Numbered from the stretch's first letter, positions 18,770-28,295 are shown. The stretch is 31,947 nt of DNA from Spirochaetaceae bacterium (GCA_016794765.1 JAEUJG010000409.1:1-31947), one strand, 5' to 3'. Program-made: numbers and translations. The notes: generated by a model not told the origin, from the sequence alone.

Positions 18770-19261
18770 TCAGGCCCGATGCGCGGCGAGGAGGAAGTAG
18801 GGCTCGGCGCCCGGCAGGAAGGGGCGGATGGCCGCCTCCGCCTGGGCGCGGGAGCCGAGCAGGGCGCGCTCGGCGCAGATGGGGGCCTTGAGCCGGAGGG
18901 CGAGCGCTATCGCGTCCGAGGGCCGGACCTCGCGGGAGAGGCGCCGGAAGCCCCGGCGGTAGACGAGCCGGGCCAGGGGGCCCGAGCCGGCCAGCTGGGT
19001 CGCCGCTCCTTCGCCGTAGAGCTCGGCGCGCTCGAGGCTCATGCCCCCCTCCCGGAAGAGCTCGGCCAGGAGGTCGTGCGTAAGGGGGCGGGGCGGCGCT
19101 ATGCCCTCGAGTTCGATGATGATGGCGCTCGCCTCGAAGGCGCCCACGGGAACGGGGATTCCCGCCTCGCCGGCCGCGTCGAGAAGGAGGACGATGGGCG
19201 CGCCTTCTCCCGGGTCGACCGCGACGCCGTGCACCCGAACTTCGACGTAGTCCTTGCTCAT
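18770..19261 (-). CDS. Bifunctional nuclease (DUF151/BFN) family protein
   Basis: PIVLLLD, IPVPVGAFEASAI, PPRPLTHDLL, VRPSDAIALALR. Confidence 0.9.
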   Translation of the reverse strand: MSKDYVEVRVHGVAVDPGEGAPIVLLLDAAGEAGIPVPVGAFEASAIIIELEGIAPPRPLTHDLLAELFREGGMSLERAELYGEGAATQLAGSGPLARLVYRRGFRRLSREVRPSDAIALALRLKAPICAERALLGSRAQAEAAIRPFLPGAEPYFLLAAHRA

Positions 19262-19268
19262 ATCGCTA

Positions 19269-19297
19269 AGTATAGCCCGGTGAGCGGCCGCTTTCAC
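19269..19297 (-). promoter_or_regulatory. Putative promoter, leaderless arrangement
   Basis: GTGAAA-17 nt-TATACT-7 nt-ATG 19261. No SD sequence. Confidence 0.55.
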
Positions 19298-19341
19298 TGG
19301 AAATGACCGGATTATGCGGGCTCGCGGCGACTCTTCCGCTA

Positions 19342-19370
19342 TTGACACCCCCCCGGCCCCCGCCTAGACT
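19342..19370 (+). promoter_or_regulatory. sigma70 promoter of cheR-cheB
   Basis: TTGACA-17 nt-TAGACT. Confidence 0.8.
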
Positions 19371-19430
19371 TTTTTTCGACGATATCCGCCCGATCCACGA
19401 GGCTTGCGGGCGGGGAAGGGCGCCACGGGC

Positions 19431-20246
19431 ATGTCCGATTTCCTCGGCGACGCCGATTTCGAGCTCTATAGGAAGCTCATCTACGACGAGAGCGGCATTC
19501 ATTTTTCCGCCACCAACCGCTCCATCCTCGAAAGCCGCCTCAAGGAACGTCTGCGGGAAAAAAAGCTCGACAGCCTCAAGGCCTATTACGACCTCATCCT
19601 CCGGGACAAGGAAGAGCTCAAGACCCTCCTCGATTCGGTGACGACCAACCTCACGCGCTTCTTCCGCAACCAGCCGCATTTTGACGCGATCGAGCATTAT
19701 GTCGTGCCCGAACTCATCAAGATGCGCGGCGCCTCGGGCGACCGGAAGCTGCGCTTCTGGAGCGCCGGGTGCTCGACCGGCGAGGAGCCCTACACCGTCG
19801 CGATGCTCCTCAAGGAGATCCTGCCCCCGGGTTGGGGCTTCGAGGTCGTGGCGAGCGACATCAGCCTCAAGTCCCTGATGGTCGGCAAGGAGGGGTTTTA
19901 CGCGGATTCCCGCATCCAGGGCATCCCCGAGGCCTATCTCCCGAAGTACTTCGACAAGAAAGCGGGCGGCTACCAGATCAAGGACGAGATCAAGAAGCTC
20001 GTGCGCTTCGACTACCACAACCTCAAGAACGACTCTGGCCTCCGGAATCTCGACGTGGTATTCTGCCGCAACGTCCTGATCTACTTCGACGAAGCCGCGC
20101 AGAAGGCGAGCATCGAGCGCTTCTGGGACGCGATGGCTCCCAAGTCCTTCCTGTTCATCGGTCATTCGGAATCGCTTTTCGGCATGAACACGAAATTCGA
20201 ATTCGTGAAGACCGATTGGGCCTGCTTCTATCGCAAATTCATCTAG
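19431..20246 (+). CDS. cheR: Chemotaxis protein-glutamate methyltransferase
   Basis: TTNLTRFFR, WSAGCSTGEEPY, ASDIS, DVVFCRNVLIYFD, LFIGHSESL. Confidence 0.97.
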   Translation: MSDFLGDADFELYRKLIYDESGIHFSATNRSILESRLKERLREKKLDSLKAYYDLILRDKEELKTLLDSVTTNLTRFFRNQPHFDAIEHYVVPELIKMRGASGDRKLRFWSAGCSTGEEPYTVAMLLKEILPPGWGFEVVASDISLKSLMVGKEGFYADSRIQGIPEAYLPKYFDKKAGGYQIKDEIKKLVRFDYHNLKNDSGLRNLDVVFCRNVLIYFDEAAQKASIERFWDAMAPKSFLFIGHSESLFGMNTKFEFVKTDWACFYRKFI

Positions 20247-20256
20247 GGGGATTTCC

Positions 20257-21384
20257 GTGCCGGATCCGGTTTCCGTTCTCGTCGTCGACGACTCGGCGCT
20301 CATGCGCAACCTCGTCTCCAAGATCATCGAAGCGACGCCGGGGCTCAAGGTGGCCGACAAGGCCATGAACGGCGTTTTCGCGCTCCAGAAGATCCCGCGC
20401 TGCGATCCCGACGTCATCGTCCTCGATATCGAAATGCCGGAGATGAACGGCATCGAATTCCTGAAGGAGCGCAAGCGGCTCGGCCTCGAAATGCCGGTCG
20501 TCATCCTCTCCTCGGTCGCCAAGGAGGGGGCCGAGGTGACGATCGAGGCGCTTTCCCTGGGCGCCGTCGACTTCATCACGAAGCCTTCGGGCTCGGTCTC
20601 CTCCGACATCCACACCGTCGCCGGCGAACTCTCCCGCCTCCTTCTCGCCTACGGTTCGCAGTACCAGAAAAAAAAGGGCAAGCAGCCGCCGCAGTACGAA
20701 TTCGAGGCGCCCGAGCGGCTTTTCGAGCCGGCTCCCGTCCTCGAGGGCAGGCAAAAGGCCCGCGAGCGGCCGGAGCCCCCGGTCCCCCTCCGCCAGCCGG
20801 GGCCGATGGAGCTCATCGCCATCGGCATCTCCACCGGCGGGCCGAACGCCCTCCGCGAGGTTTTCGCCAAGATCGACGCCGACCTTCCCCAGCCCATCGT
20901 CGTGGTCCAGCACATGCCGCCCGGCTTCACCGAGGAATTCGCGAAGAGCCTGGACCGGATCTGTCCCCTCGACGTGAAGGAGGCCGCGGAGGGCGATCTC
21001 GTCAGGCCCGGCCGCATCCTCATCGCGCCAGGCGACAAGCACATCGAAGTCGAGCGGCGTCCCTTGGGAGCGATCGCCCACCTGTCCGACGCCCCGCCGA
21101 TGAACGGCCACCGACCGAGCGCCGACGTCCTGTTCGCGAGCGTGGCCAAGGCCTACGGCAACCGGGCCATGGGCGTCATCATGACCGGCATGGGCCGGGA
21201 CGGCGCCCGCGAGCTCGGTTCCATCTTCAAGGAGGGCGGCCTCACCCTGGGGCAGGACGAGGCCTCCAGCATCGTCTACGGCATGCCCAAGGCGGCCTTC
21301 GAGCTCGGCCACGTGACGCAACAGGTGCCCCTCGCCGAGATGGCCGCGACCCTCTCCAGGCTGGGGAAGCAGCACCGTTCCTGA
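20257..21384 (+). CDS. cheB: Chemotaxis response regulator methylesterase
   Basis: Receiver domain (VVDDSALMR, LDIEMP, FITKP) plus esterase motifs GISTGGP, VQHMPPGFT, HRPSADVLF and MTGMGRDG. Confidence 0.97.
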   Translation: MPDPVSVLVVDDSALMRNLVSKIIEATPGLKVADKAMNGVFALQKIPRCDPDVIVLDIEMPEMNGIEFLKERKRLGLEMPVVILSSVAKEGAEVTIEALSLGAVDFITKPSGSVSSDIHTVAGELSRLLLAYGSQYQKKKGKQPPQYEFEAPERLFEPAPVLEGRQKARERPEPPVPLRQPGPMELIAIGISTGGPNALREVFAKIDADLPQPIVVVQHMPPGFTEEFAKSLDRICPLDVKEAAEGDLVRPGRILIAPGDKHIEVERRPLGAIAHLSDAPPMNGHRPSADVLFASVAKAYGNRAMGVIMTGMGRDGARELGSIFKEGGLTLGQDEASSIVYGMPKAAFELGHVTQQVPLAEMAATLSRLGKQHRS

Positions 21385-21499
21385 GTCCCCGCCAACGGCG
21401 GCCGGACGGCGGCCGACCGGCGTTTGCCGATCCGCCGAGAAAGGCTTATCTTTCTGGTAAGGCTTCTTCGCCCCGCGGCGGGAAGCCGGGGAGGATGGC

Positions 21500-21682
21500 A
21501 TGACCAAGGAATCGAAGAACAGCAAGGACGAGGGCAAGCGGGAATCCGCTCGGGACACGAGGATGATGGGAAGCCTGACCAAGGGCCTGGCCGGGATGGC
21601 CATGCCGCCGCCCCACCCGATGACCGCCGAGCAGGATCGCCTCGAGGACGAGGACGGTCCCTTCGACGACGGTGTTCATTGA
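21500..21682 (+). CDS. Small hypothetical protein (60 aa)
   Basis: GGGAGGA RBS before the ATG. It fills the cheB-nifU gap and is followed by a terminator-like hairpin. Confidence 0.5.
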   Translation: MTKESKNSKDEGKRESARDTRMMGSLTKGLAGMAMPPPHPMTAEQDRLEDEDGPFDDGVH

Positions 21683-21713
21683 AGCCGGCGCCGCCAGGCG
21701 CCGCAAAACAAGA

Positions 21714-21740
21714 GGCCGCCCGATCGGGCGGCCCATTTAT
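21714..21740. terminator. Probable terminator between convergent genes
   Basis: 8-bp stem GGCCGCCC/GGGCGGCC with a GATC loop, flanked by AAAACAAG and ATTTATT. Confidence 0.6.
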
Positions 21741-21759
21741 TGTGCGTCAGGCGGGGGAA

Positions 21760-21984
21760 TCAGGCCTGCACGACTTCCTTGACCTCGGGAATGACCTTCT
21801 TGAGGTAGTTCTCGACGCCCTGCTTGAGGGTGATCACGGCCATGGGGCAGGAACCGCAGGCGCCCGTCAGGCGCACCTTGACGATTCCGTCTTCACCAAC
21901 CTCGACGAGCTCGATGTCGCCGCCGTCGGCTTGGAGGGAGGGGCGGACGTCCTGAATGGCGCGCTGGACTTTCTCTTTGAGCAT
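21760..21984 (-). CDS. NifU/NfuA C-terminal domain Fe-S protein
   Basis: VRPSLQADGGDIELV and VRLTGACGSCP (CxxC). AAAGGAG RBS. Confidence 0.93.
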   Translation of the reverse strand: MLKEKVQRAIQDVRPSLQADGGDIELVEVGEDGIVKVRLTGACGSCPMAVITLKQGVENYLKKVIPEVKEVVQA

Positions 21985-22109
21985 GCGGCTCTCCTTTCTC
22001 TACAATTTATCCATCCCGAAGGGCCGTGGTCAAGCCGCGCCTTCGCGCGCGGGCATGGCAGAGGATCGAAAGCTGTGCTAGAATGGCCGAACTTCCGCGG
22101 AGAGGTCCG

Positions 22110-23015
22110 ATGGCACGTACAATCGTATTCGTCAACCAGAAAGGCGGCGTAGGCAAGACCACGACCGCGATCAACCTCGGGGCCTATCTCGCCCTCAAGG
22201 GCAAGCGGACCCTCCTCGTCGATTTCGACCCGCAGGCCAACCTGACGAGCGGCGTGGGCGGAACGCCCGGCGGCAAGGGCGGCAAGGGCGTCTACGAGGT
22301 CGTCATCAGCCAGGCCGGCATCGCCGAGACCGCCGTCCCGACGAAGGTCGAGGGCCTGCACCTCGTGCCCTCCTCGATCGATCTCTCCGGCGCCACCGTC
22401 GAGCTCGTCGACAAGGAAGACCGCAACGGCTACCTGAAACGCGCCCTCGAGCCGGTCCAGGCCGACTACGATTACATCCTCATCGACTGCCCCCCCTCGC
22501 TCGGCGTCCTCACGCTGAACGGCCTGGTCGCGGCCGACGAGGTCCTTATTCCCCTCCAGTGTGAATACTTCGCCTTGGAAGGACTCTCCCTCATCCTCCA
22601 GACCGTGAGCCTCGTCCAGAAGAGCATGAATCCCCGGCTCAAGGTGGGCGGCATCGTCTTCACGATGTACGACTCCAGGACCAAGCTCGCCCAGGAAGTG
22701 GTCCAACAGGTTTCCGAGTACTTCAAGGACCGCGTCTTCCGCACGATCGTGCCGCGGAACGTCCGCCTCTCCGAGGCGCCCTCCCACGGCGTGCCCGTCT
22801 GCCTGTACGACCCTTCCTGCATCGGCGCCAAAAGCTACGAGTCCCTGGCCCGGGAGCTCATCGCCCGGGTGGAGGGCGGTTCGGCCGGCGCCATAACCGG
22901 CCCGCAGGTCGGCGCTCCCAAGGGCCTCGAGAAGGTCGAGCCCGGTCTTTTCGCCGGCGTTGCCTCCGGCGGCGGCGCGGGGAAGGGCTCCCGGGACGGC
23001 GACGCCGATGAGTAA
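22110..23015 (+). CDS. parA: Chromosome partitioning ATPase ParA/Soj with a C-terminal extension of about 48 aa
   Basis: Deviant Walker A NQKGGVGKTTT, DFDPQAN, IDCPPSLG, VPRNVRLSEAPSHG. TG-c-TAGAAT extended -10 at 22076-22084 and GGAGAGG RBS upstream. Confidence 0.96.
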   Translation: MARTIVFVNQKGGVGKTTTAINLGAYLALKGKRTLLVDFDPQANLTSGVGGTPGGKGGKGVYEVVISQAGIAETAVPTKVEGLHLVPSSIDLSGATVELVDKEDRNGYLKRALEPVQADYDYILIDCPPSLGVLTLNGLVAADEVLIPLQCEYFALEGLSLILQTVSLVQKSMNPRLKVGGIVFTMYDSRTKLAQEVVQQVSEYFKDRVFRTIVPRNVRLSEAPSHGVPVCLYDPSCIGAKSYESLARELIARVEGGSAGAITGPQVGAPKGLEKVEPGLFAGVASGGGAGKGSRDGDADE

Positions 23016-23059
23016 GCATTTCGCCGCCGGGCCCGGAGCCCGCGATAGGAACCGCTCGC

Positions 23060-24043
23060 ATGGCTAAGCAATTCGGCCTCGGAAAGGGGCTCGGCGCCCT
23101 CATCCCCGACCCCGATCCCGTGCCGATCGCGCCGGGACCGGCGGAGGGCCAGGTCCAGGCTTCTGACGCGGCCTCCGCCTCCGCCGGGGACGGCCCGGTT
23201 TCCGCGGCCGCGGTCCAGGCGAGCGTCCAGGGCGGCGTCCTCCGCGTGCCCCTTTCCCGCGTCGAGCCCAATCCCGAGCAGCCGCGCAAGACCTTCTCCG
23301 AGGCCTCCATCGCCGAGCTCGCGGACTCGATCCGCCGCCACGGCCTCATCCAGCCCATCGTGGTCGAGGACTCAGGCGAGGGCCGCTACCGCATCGTCGC
23401 GGGCGAGCGCCGCTGGCGCGCCGCCAACGTGGCCGCCCTCCGCGACATCCCCGTCATCGTCCGCTCCTTCTCGCCGGAAAAGCGCCTCGAGATCGGCATC
23501 ATCGAGAACGTGCAGCGCGAGGACCTCAATCCCGTGGAAGAGGCCGAGGCCTACCGCGCCCTGATGGACCTCACCGGCTGCACCCAGGAGGAGGTCGCGG
23601 ACAAGGTCGGCAAGAGCCGCCCCGCCGTGGCCAACGCCCTCCGCCTCCTCAAGCTGCCCGTCGCCGCCCTTGCCTCCCTGCGCGACGGCAAGATCAGCCC
23701 CGGCCACGCCCGCGCCCTCCTCTCCGTCCAGGATCCCGGCTCGCGCGAACTCCTCTTCGCCCGCCTCCTGGCGGAGGAGCTCTCCGTCCGCCAGGCCGAG
23801 GCCGCCGCCCAGGACCTGAACCGCGGCCTCAAGAACAACACCGCCCGCGTCGTGGCGGGCGCCGCCAAGGAGCCCGAGTCCCGCGAGGCCGAGATCGTCG
23901 AGCTCGAGGGCAAGCTCATCGGCGCCTTCGGCACGAAGGTGGCCGTCAAGGGCGACTCCCGGCGCGGCACCATCCAGATCGAGTATTATTCGCTCGAGGA
24001 CCTCGAGCGCATCATCGGCGTCGTTTCGGGAGAAGGCCGCTAG
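23060..24043 (+). CDS. parB: Chromosome partitioning protein ParB/Spo0J
   Basis: GLGKGLGALI, PNPEQPRKTF, IVAGERRWRA, ENVQREDLNPVEEA, HTH region KSRPAVANALRLL, C-terminal GTIQIEYYS. Confidence 0.96.
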   Translation: MAKQFGLGKGLGALIPDPDPVPIAPGPAEGQVQASDAASASAGDGPVSAAAVQASVQGGVLRVPLSRVEPNPEQPRKTFSEASIAELADSIRRHGLIQPIVVEDSGEGRYRIVAGERRWRAANVAALRDIPVIVRSFSPEKRLEIGIIENVQREDLNPVEEAEAYRALMDLTGCTQEEVADKVGKSRPAVANALRLLKLPVAALASLRDGKISPGHARALLSVQDPGSRELLFARLLAEELSVRQAEAAAQDLNRGLKNNTARVVAGAAKEPESREAEIVELEGKLIGAFGTKVAVKGDSRRGTIQIEYYSLEDLERIIGVVSGEGR

Positions 24044-24088
24044 CCCGGGCCCGAAGCGGCGCCGCGCCCCTTCGGGGGAAGGAGCCGC

Positions 24089-24829
24089 ATCATCCACGAG
24101 ACCATCGGTCCCGGTCCGCGCCGCGCGCGGCTCGCCGCCCTCCTCGCCGCCCTCGCGGCGGGATCCTTGTCCCTCGCCGCGGCGGCTTCCGTCGCCGCGG
24201 CGGCTCCCGGCTCCGCCCGGAACGTCCCCGCCCGGAACGGCATCGCGGCCGGCGCGGATCTCGCCGCGCTGGCCCGGCGGCCCGAACTCATCGCCATGGA
24301 CATGCGCCGTTTCAAGGATCCGGCGAGCGGCGAGACGAGGATCGAGGGCGGAGCCGAGGTTCATGGGGTCTTCGACGCCCCCATCGGGCAACTCGTCGCG
24401 GCGATGGACGACCGCGTCGGCCAGCTCGCCTTTTCCCCCCGGCTCCTGAGTTCGAAGGAAGAGCTCCGAGAAGGCCCCCGCGTCGTCTTTCTCCAGGACA
24501 TCGGCATCGACTTCCTCGGCGCGCGGGTCGCCTACGCGGTCCGCTCGGAAGCCTACCGCGAGGAGCTCCCCGGCGGGGCGGTCGCCTTCAGGACCATCCT
24601 CCTCGACAGCCTGGACGGCAAGCTCTTCGCGTCCACGAGCTCCTGGTACTTCGAACCGGTGACGGTCGAGGGTCGGCGGCTCGTCTACATCCGCTATCAC
24701 GCGATGCAGGGAATCAGGAAGCCCGGCTTCGGCATGGAGAGCCTCATCAAGGCCTTTACCCCCTCCGAGATGAAGGGCCTCATGGCCGCCCTGGCCCGGG
24801 AGGCGAACAAGCGCTCCGGCGCCAAGTGA
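24089..24829 (+). CDS. Exported protein, possibly START/SRPBCC-like fold; start uncertain (ATC 24089/24092 versus TTG 24167)
   Basis: The open frame from 24089 gives a full signal peptide (RRAR-LAALLAALAAGSLSLAAAA). AAGGAG lies at 24079-24084. The fold call rests on beta-strand patterning only. Confidence 0.6.
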   Translation: MIHETIGPGPRRARLAALLAALAAGSLSLAAAASVAAAAPGSARNVPARNGIAAGADLAALARRPELIAMDMRRFKDPASGETRIEGGAEVHGVFDAPIGQLVAAMDDRVGQLAFSPRLLSSKEELREGPRVVFLQDIGIDFLGARVAYAVRSEAYREELPGGAVAFRTILLDSLDGKLFASTSSWYFEPVTVEGRRLVYIRYHAMQGIRKPGFGMESLIKAFTPSEMKGLMAALAREANKRSGAK

Positions 24830-24840
24830 GGCGCCTCGTC

Positions 24841-26210
<1,370 letters not shown>

Positions 26211-26220
26211 TTCCTGTCCA

Positions 26221-26317
26221 CGATCGCTCCGACGGGCGATCGCGCAGCCATGGGCGATCCGCCGTTCCGGCGGCGAATCGCCGCGCGGGCCCCGTGAAAA
26301 CGGGGCCCGCGCGTTAT
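26221..26317 (+). other. Three consecutive GC-rich hairpins after eno (3'-UTR structure / likely terminator)
   Basis: H1 26221-26242 (9 bp), H2 26253-26282 (bulged), H3 26282-26313 (14-bp perfect stem, GAAA loop), followed only by TTAT. Confidence 0.6.
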
Positions 26318-26387
26318 CGGGTCGGGCCGATGGGCGCATGCGGCGGAAACGCGAACCAGCCGCTCGGCATCCGGGAGGGAGTGGGGC

Positions 26388-27608
26388 ATGGACAGGCTTT
26401 TCGCGGCGGAGCGGGAATTCGGGGAGAGGCTCGGCGCCGAGGGCCGCCAAGGGATTCTCCGCGACATAGATCGCGCGAACTGGCTTAGGCTCCGGATCTT
26501 CTACGGCCTCACCATGCTCTTTGAGCTGCTTCTTGTCGCGATGGTCGACCTGCCGGCCCTCGTGGCGGGCCGTTCCGGAACCAGCATGGCCGGACGCGGC
26601 GAACCGCCATCCCTGCCCTTGGCGTACATGGCCTGCCATATGGGTATCTTCCTGGCCTGCGGACTGGGACTATTCTCTGCCTTCCGCGGCCTCGGCGCGA
26701 AGGCAAGTCCTCTTGCGTCCAAACAGAGGCTGTCCGCCGCGCCGACCCTCATGCCAAGCCTGATCGCCATGGTGATCCTCACGATCCTGGGCGTGATCGC
26801 CGCCTTGGACCAGTTGCGAAGCGGAGACATCAGCGCATTCACGATCAACATAGTCGTCGCCGCCCTCCTGATTTACATCCGGCCTCCCCTCGGCTTCCTG
26901 GTCTTTACTCCTGGATTCCTCCTCATGTTCGCCGGGGTGGCGTTGCTGCAGCGCGACGCCGACTTGCGTCTGGCCCATCTCGTCAACGGGGGCATCTTCT
27001 ACAGCGCCGTCCTTCTCCTCTCCGCCTATCTCTATAACAACCACTACAGCCAGCTGGCAAAATCCATCCTGATCGAGGATGCCGCGGCCAAGATCCAGGA
27101 CCTGTCGCTTCATGACGAGCTGACGGGCCTTTCCAACCGCCGGGCTTTTATCGCCATCGTCGAGCGGGAGCTCGCGCGGATGAAGAGGGAAGGCCGCCGC
27201 GCCTATCTGGCCGTCGCCGACATCGACCACTTCAAGACGCTGAACGACCGCTGCGGGCACCCGGCCGGGGACGCCATGTTGCGTCTGGTCGCCGAGACCC
27301 TCGCCGATTCCACGCGGGCGGTCGACGCTGTCGCGCGCTGGGGCGGAGAGGAGTTCATTTTCTTCATCGCGGTCGGCGATGCGGAGATGGCGAGGGAGGT
27401 GCTGGAACGGGCCCGCCGGACCCAGGACGAGGCGAGGCTCCGGCACGAAGGCCAAACGCTCTCGTGCACGCTCAGCTTCGGCTTCGCCGAGCTCAAGGCC
27501 GAAGAGGGCGAGGATGCGTTCTCCAAGGCCTATCGCCGGGCGGATGCGGCGCTCTACGCCGCGAAGGAAGCCGGGCGGAACCGCGTGGTCGGGGCGAGCG
27601 CCGAATAA
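26388..27608 (+). CDS. Membrane-anchored diguanylate cyclase (GGDEF)
   Basis: Several TM segments, then HDELTGLSNRR, DIDHFKTLND, GHPAGD, the I-site RAVD and the active site RWGGEEF. Confidence 0.93.
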   Translation: MDRLFAAEREFGERLGAEGRQGILRDIDRANWLRLRIFYGLTMLFELLLVAMVDLPALVAGRSGTSMAGRGEPPSLPLAYMACHMGIFLACGLGLFSAFRGLGAKASPLASKQRLSAAPTLMPSLIAMVILTILGVIAALDQLRSGDISAFTINIVVAALLIYIRPPLGFLVFTPGFLLMFAGVALLQRDADLRLAHLVNGGIFYSAVLLLSAYLYNNHYSQLAKSILIEDAAAKIQDLSLHDELTGLSNRRAFIAIVERELARMKREGRRAYLAVADIDHFKTLNDRCGHPAGDAMLRLVAETLADSTRAVDAVARWGGEEFIFFIAVGDAEMAREVLERARRTQDEARLRHEGQTLSCTLSFGFAELKAEEGEDAFSKAYRRADAALYAAKEAGRNRVVGASAE

Positions 27609-27693
27609 AAGCCGGGTGTTCCGCTCCGGGCCCGGGAACGCGGAACGGGCCGAGGCTGCGGTCTCCTTCCAGTCCCGGCGCGGCGGGAAGACC

Positions 27694-28092
27694 TCAGAGC
27701 TCGCCGAGGGAAAGGTCGCCGTGGATCTTGTAAAGCCGGCCTTCGCGGTCGACCTCCAGCCGGCGCTCGGGGAAGTGTTCGGGGAGGAAACGGCGGAGGA
27801 GCTCGAGGACCTCGAGTTCGATCGCCTCGCGGGCGGCGGGCGGGATCTCCTCGCCGGCGGCCAGGTCGATCTCGACGAGGTAGCCTCGGCCGAGCCTCGA
27901 GCCGAAGCCGGGGTCGAAGAAGACGCCGAGGTTGAAGAGGCCGTCCGCCTCGGGATTGGCCGTCTCGCCGAGGGCGGGTCGGTTCCGCCGGAGCTTCCAG
28001 GCGCCGCCGTGGCGTTCCTCGAGGATCGTGTCGATCCGGTCGAACATCTCCTTCATCCGCGCGTCCCATTCGATCGTCTTTGGGTGGTACAC
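27694..28092 (-). CDS. Hypothetical protein (132 aa), divergent from asnS
   Basis: GGGGAGAAG RBS before GTG 28092. Reads MYHPKTIEWDARMKEMFDRID...GETANPEADGLFNLG. The ORF-track extension to 28344 runs across the opposite-strand leader and is probably spurious. Confidence 0.75.
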   Translation of the reverse strand: MYHPKTIEWDARMKEMFDRIDTILEERHGGAWKLRRNRPALGETANPEADGLFNLGVFFDPGFGSRLGRGYLVEIDLAAGEEIPPAAREAIELEVLELLRRFLPEHFPERRLEVDREGRLYKIHGDLSLGEL

Positions 28093-28122
28093 CGTCGCTT
28101 CTCCCCGGACAACTATAGCGCA

Positions 28123-28151
28123 TTGACCCGGGAGCCGGAGGGCGCTATCAT
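28123..28151 (+). promoter_or_regulatory. sigma70 promoter of the asnS leader
   Basis: TTGACC-17 nt-TATCAT; ATG 28158 lies 6 nt downstream, at the expected +1. Confidence 0.8.
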
Positions 28152-28157
28152 GAGGAC

Positions 28158-28241
28158 ATGCGCATGATCCATCTCGGCGCCGACAACAAGGGCCTCGACA
28201 ACAACGCCCCCGCCAATGGGGGGCGCCGGGTCGTCGCATAG
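28158..28241 (+). CDS. Asn/Asp-rich leader peptide 1 (27 aa: MRMIHLGADNKGLDNNAPANGGRRVVA)
   Basis: Translated by hand. 4 Asn and 2 Asp codons in codons 9-20. It overlaps the 5' strand of the antiterminator of attenuator 1. Confidence 0.75.
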   Translation: MRMIHLGADNKGLDNNAPANGGRRVVA

Positions 28242-28267
28242 CGCGGGAAAACCGCGTGAAGGAAGAC

Positions 28268-28295
28268 CGGCGCCTCGAGGGGCGCCGTTTTTTTT
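28268..28295 (+). terminator. Attenuator 1 terminator
   Basis: CGGCGCC/GGCGCCG 7-bp stem, 6-nt loop, T8. Its 5' arm (28267-28274) can instead pair with GGCGCCGG at 28222-28229. Confidence 0.88.

Noticed and set aside
26450-27060. Lower-GC stretch in the GGDEF gene suggesting foreign DNA
   Set aside because: It coincides with the T-rich codons of transmembrane helices, and there are no flanking repeats or mobility genes.
28078-28097. T-box-like string TTTGGGTGGTACACCG upstream of an aminoacyl-tRNA synthetase gene
   Set aside because: It deviates from GGGTGGNACCGCG and lies upstream of the asnS promoter, so it would not be transcribed. It has no stem I/specifier or adjacent terminator, and is explained as the reverse complement of the divergent gene's first codons (GTG TAC CAC CCA).
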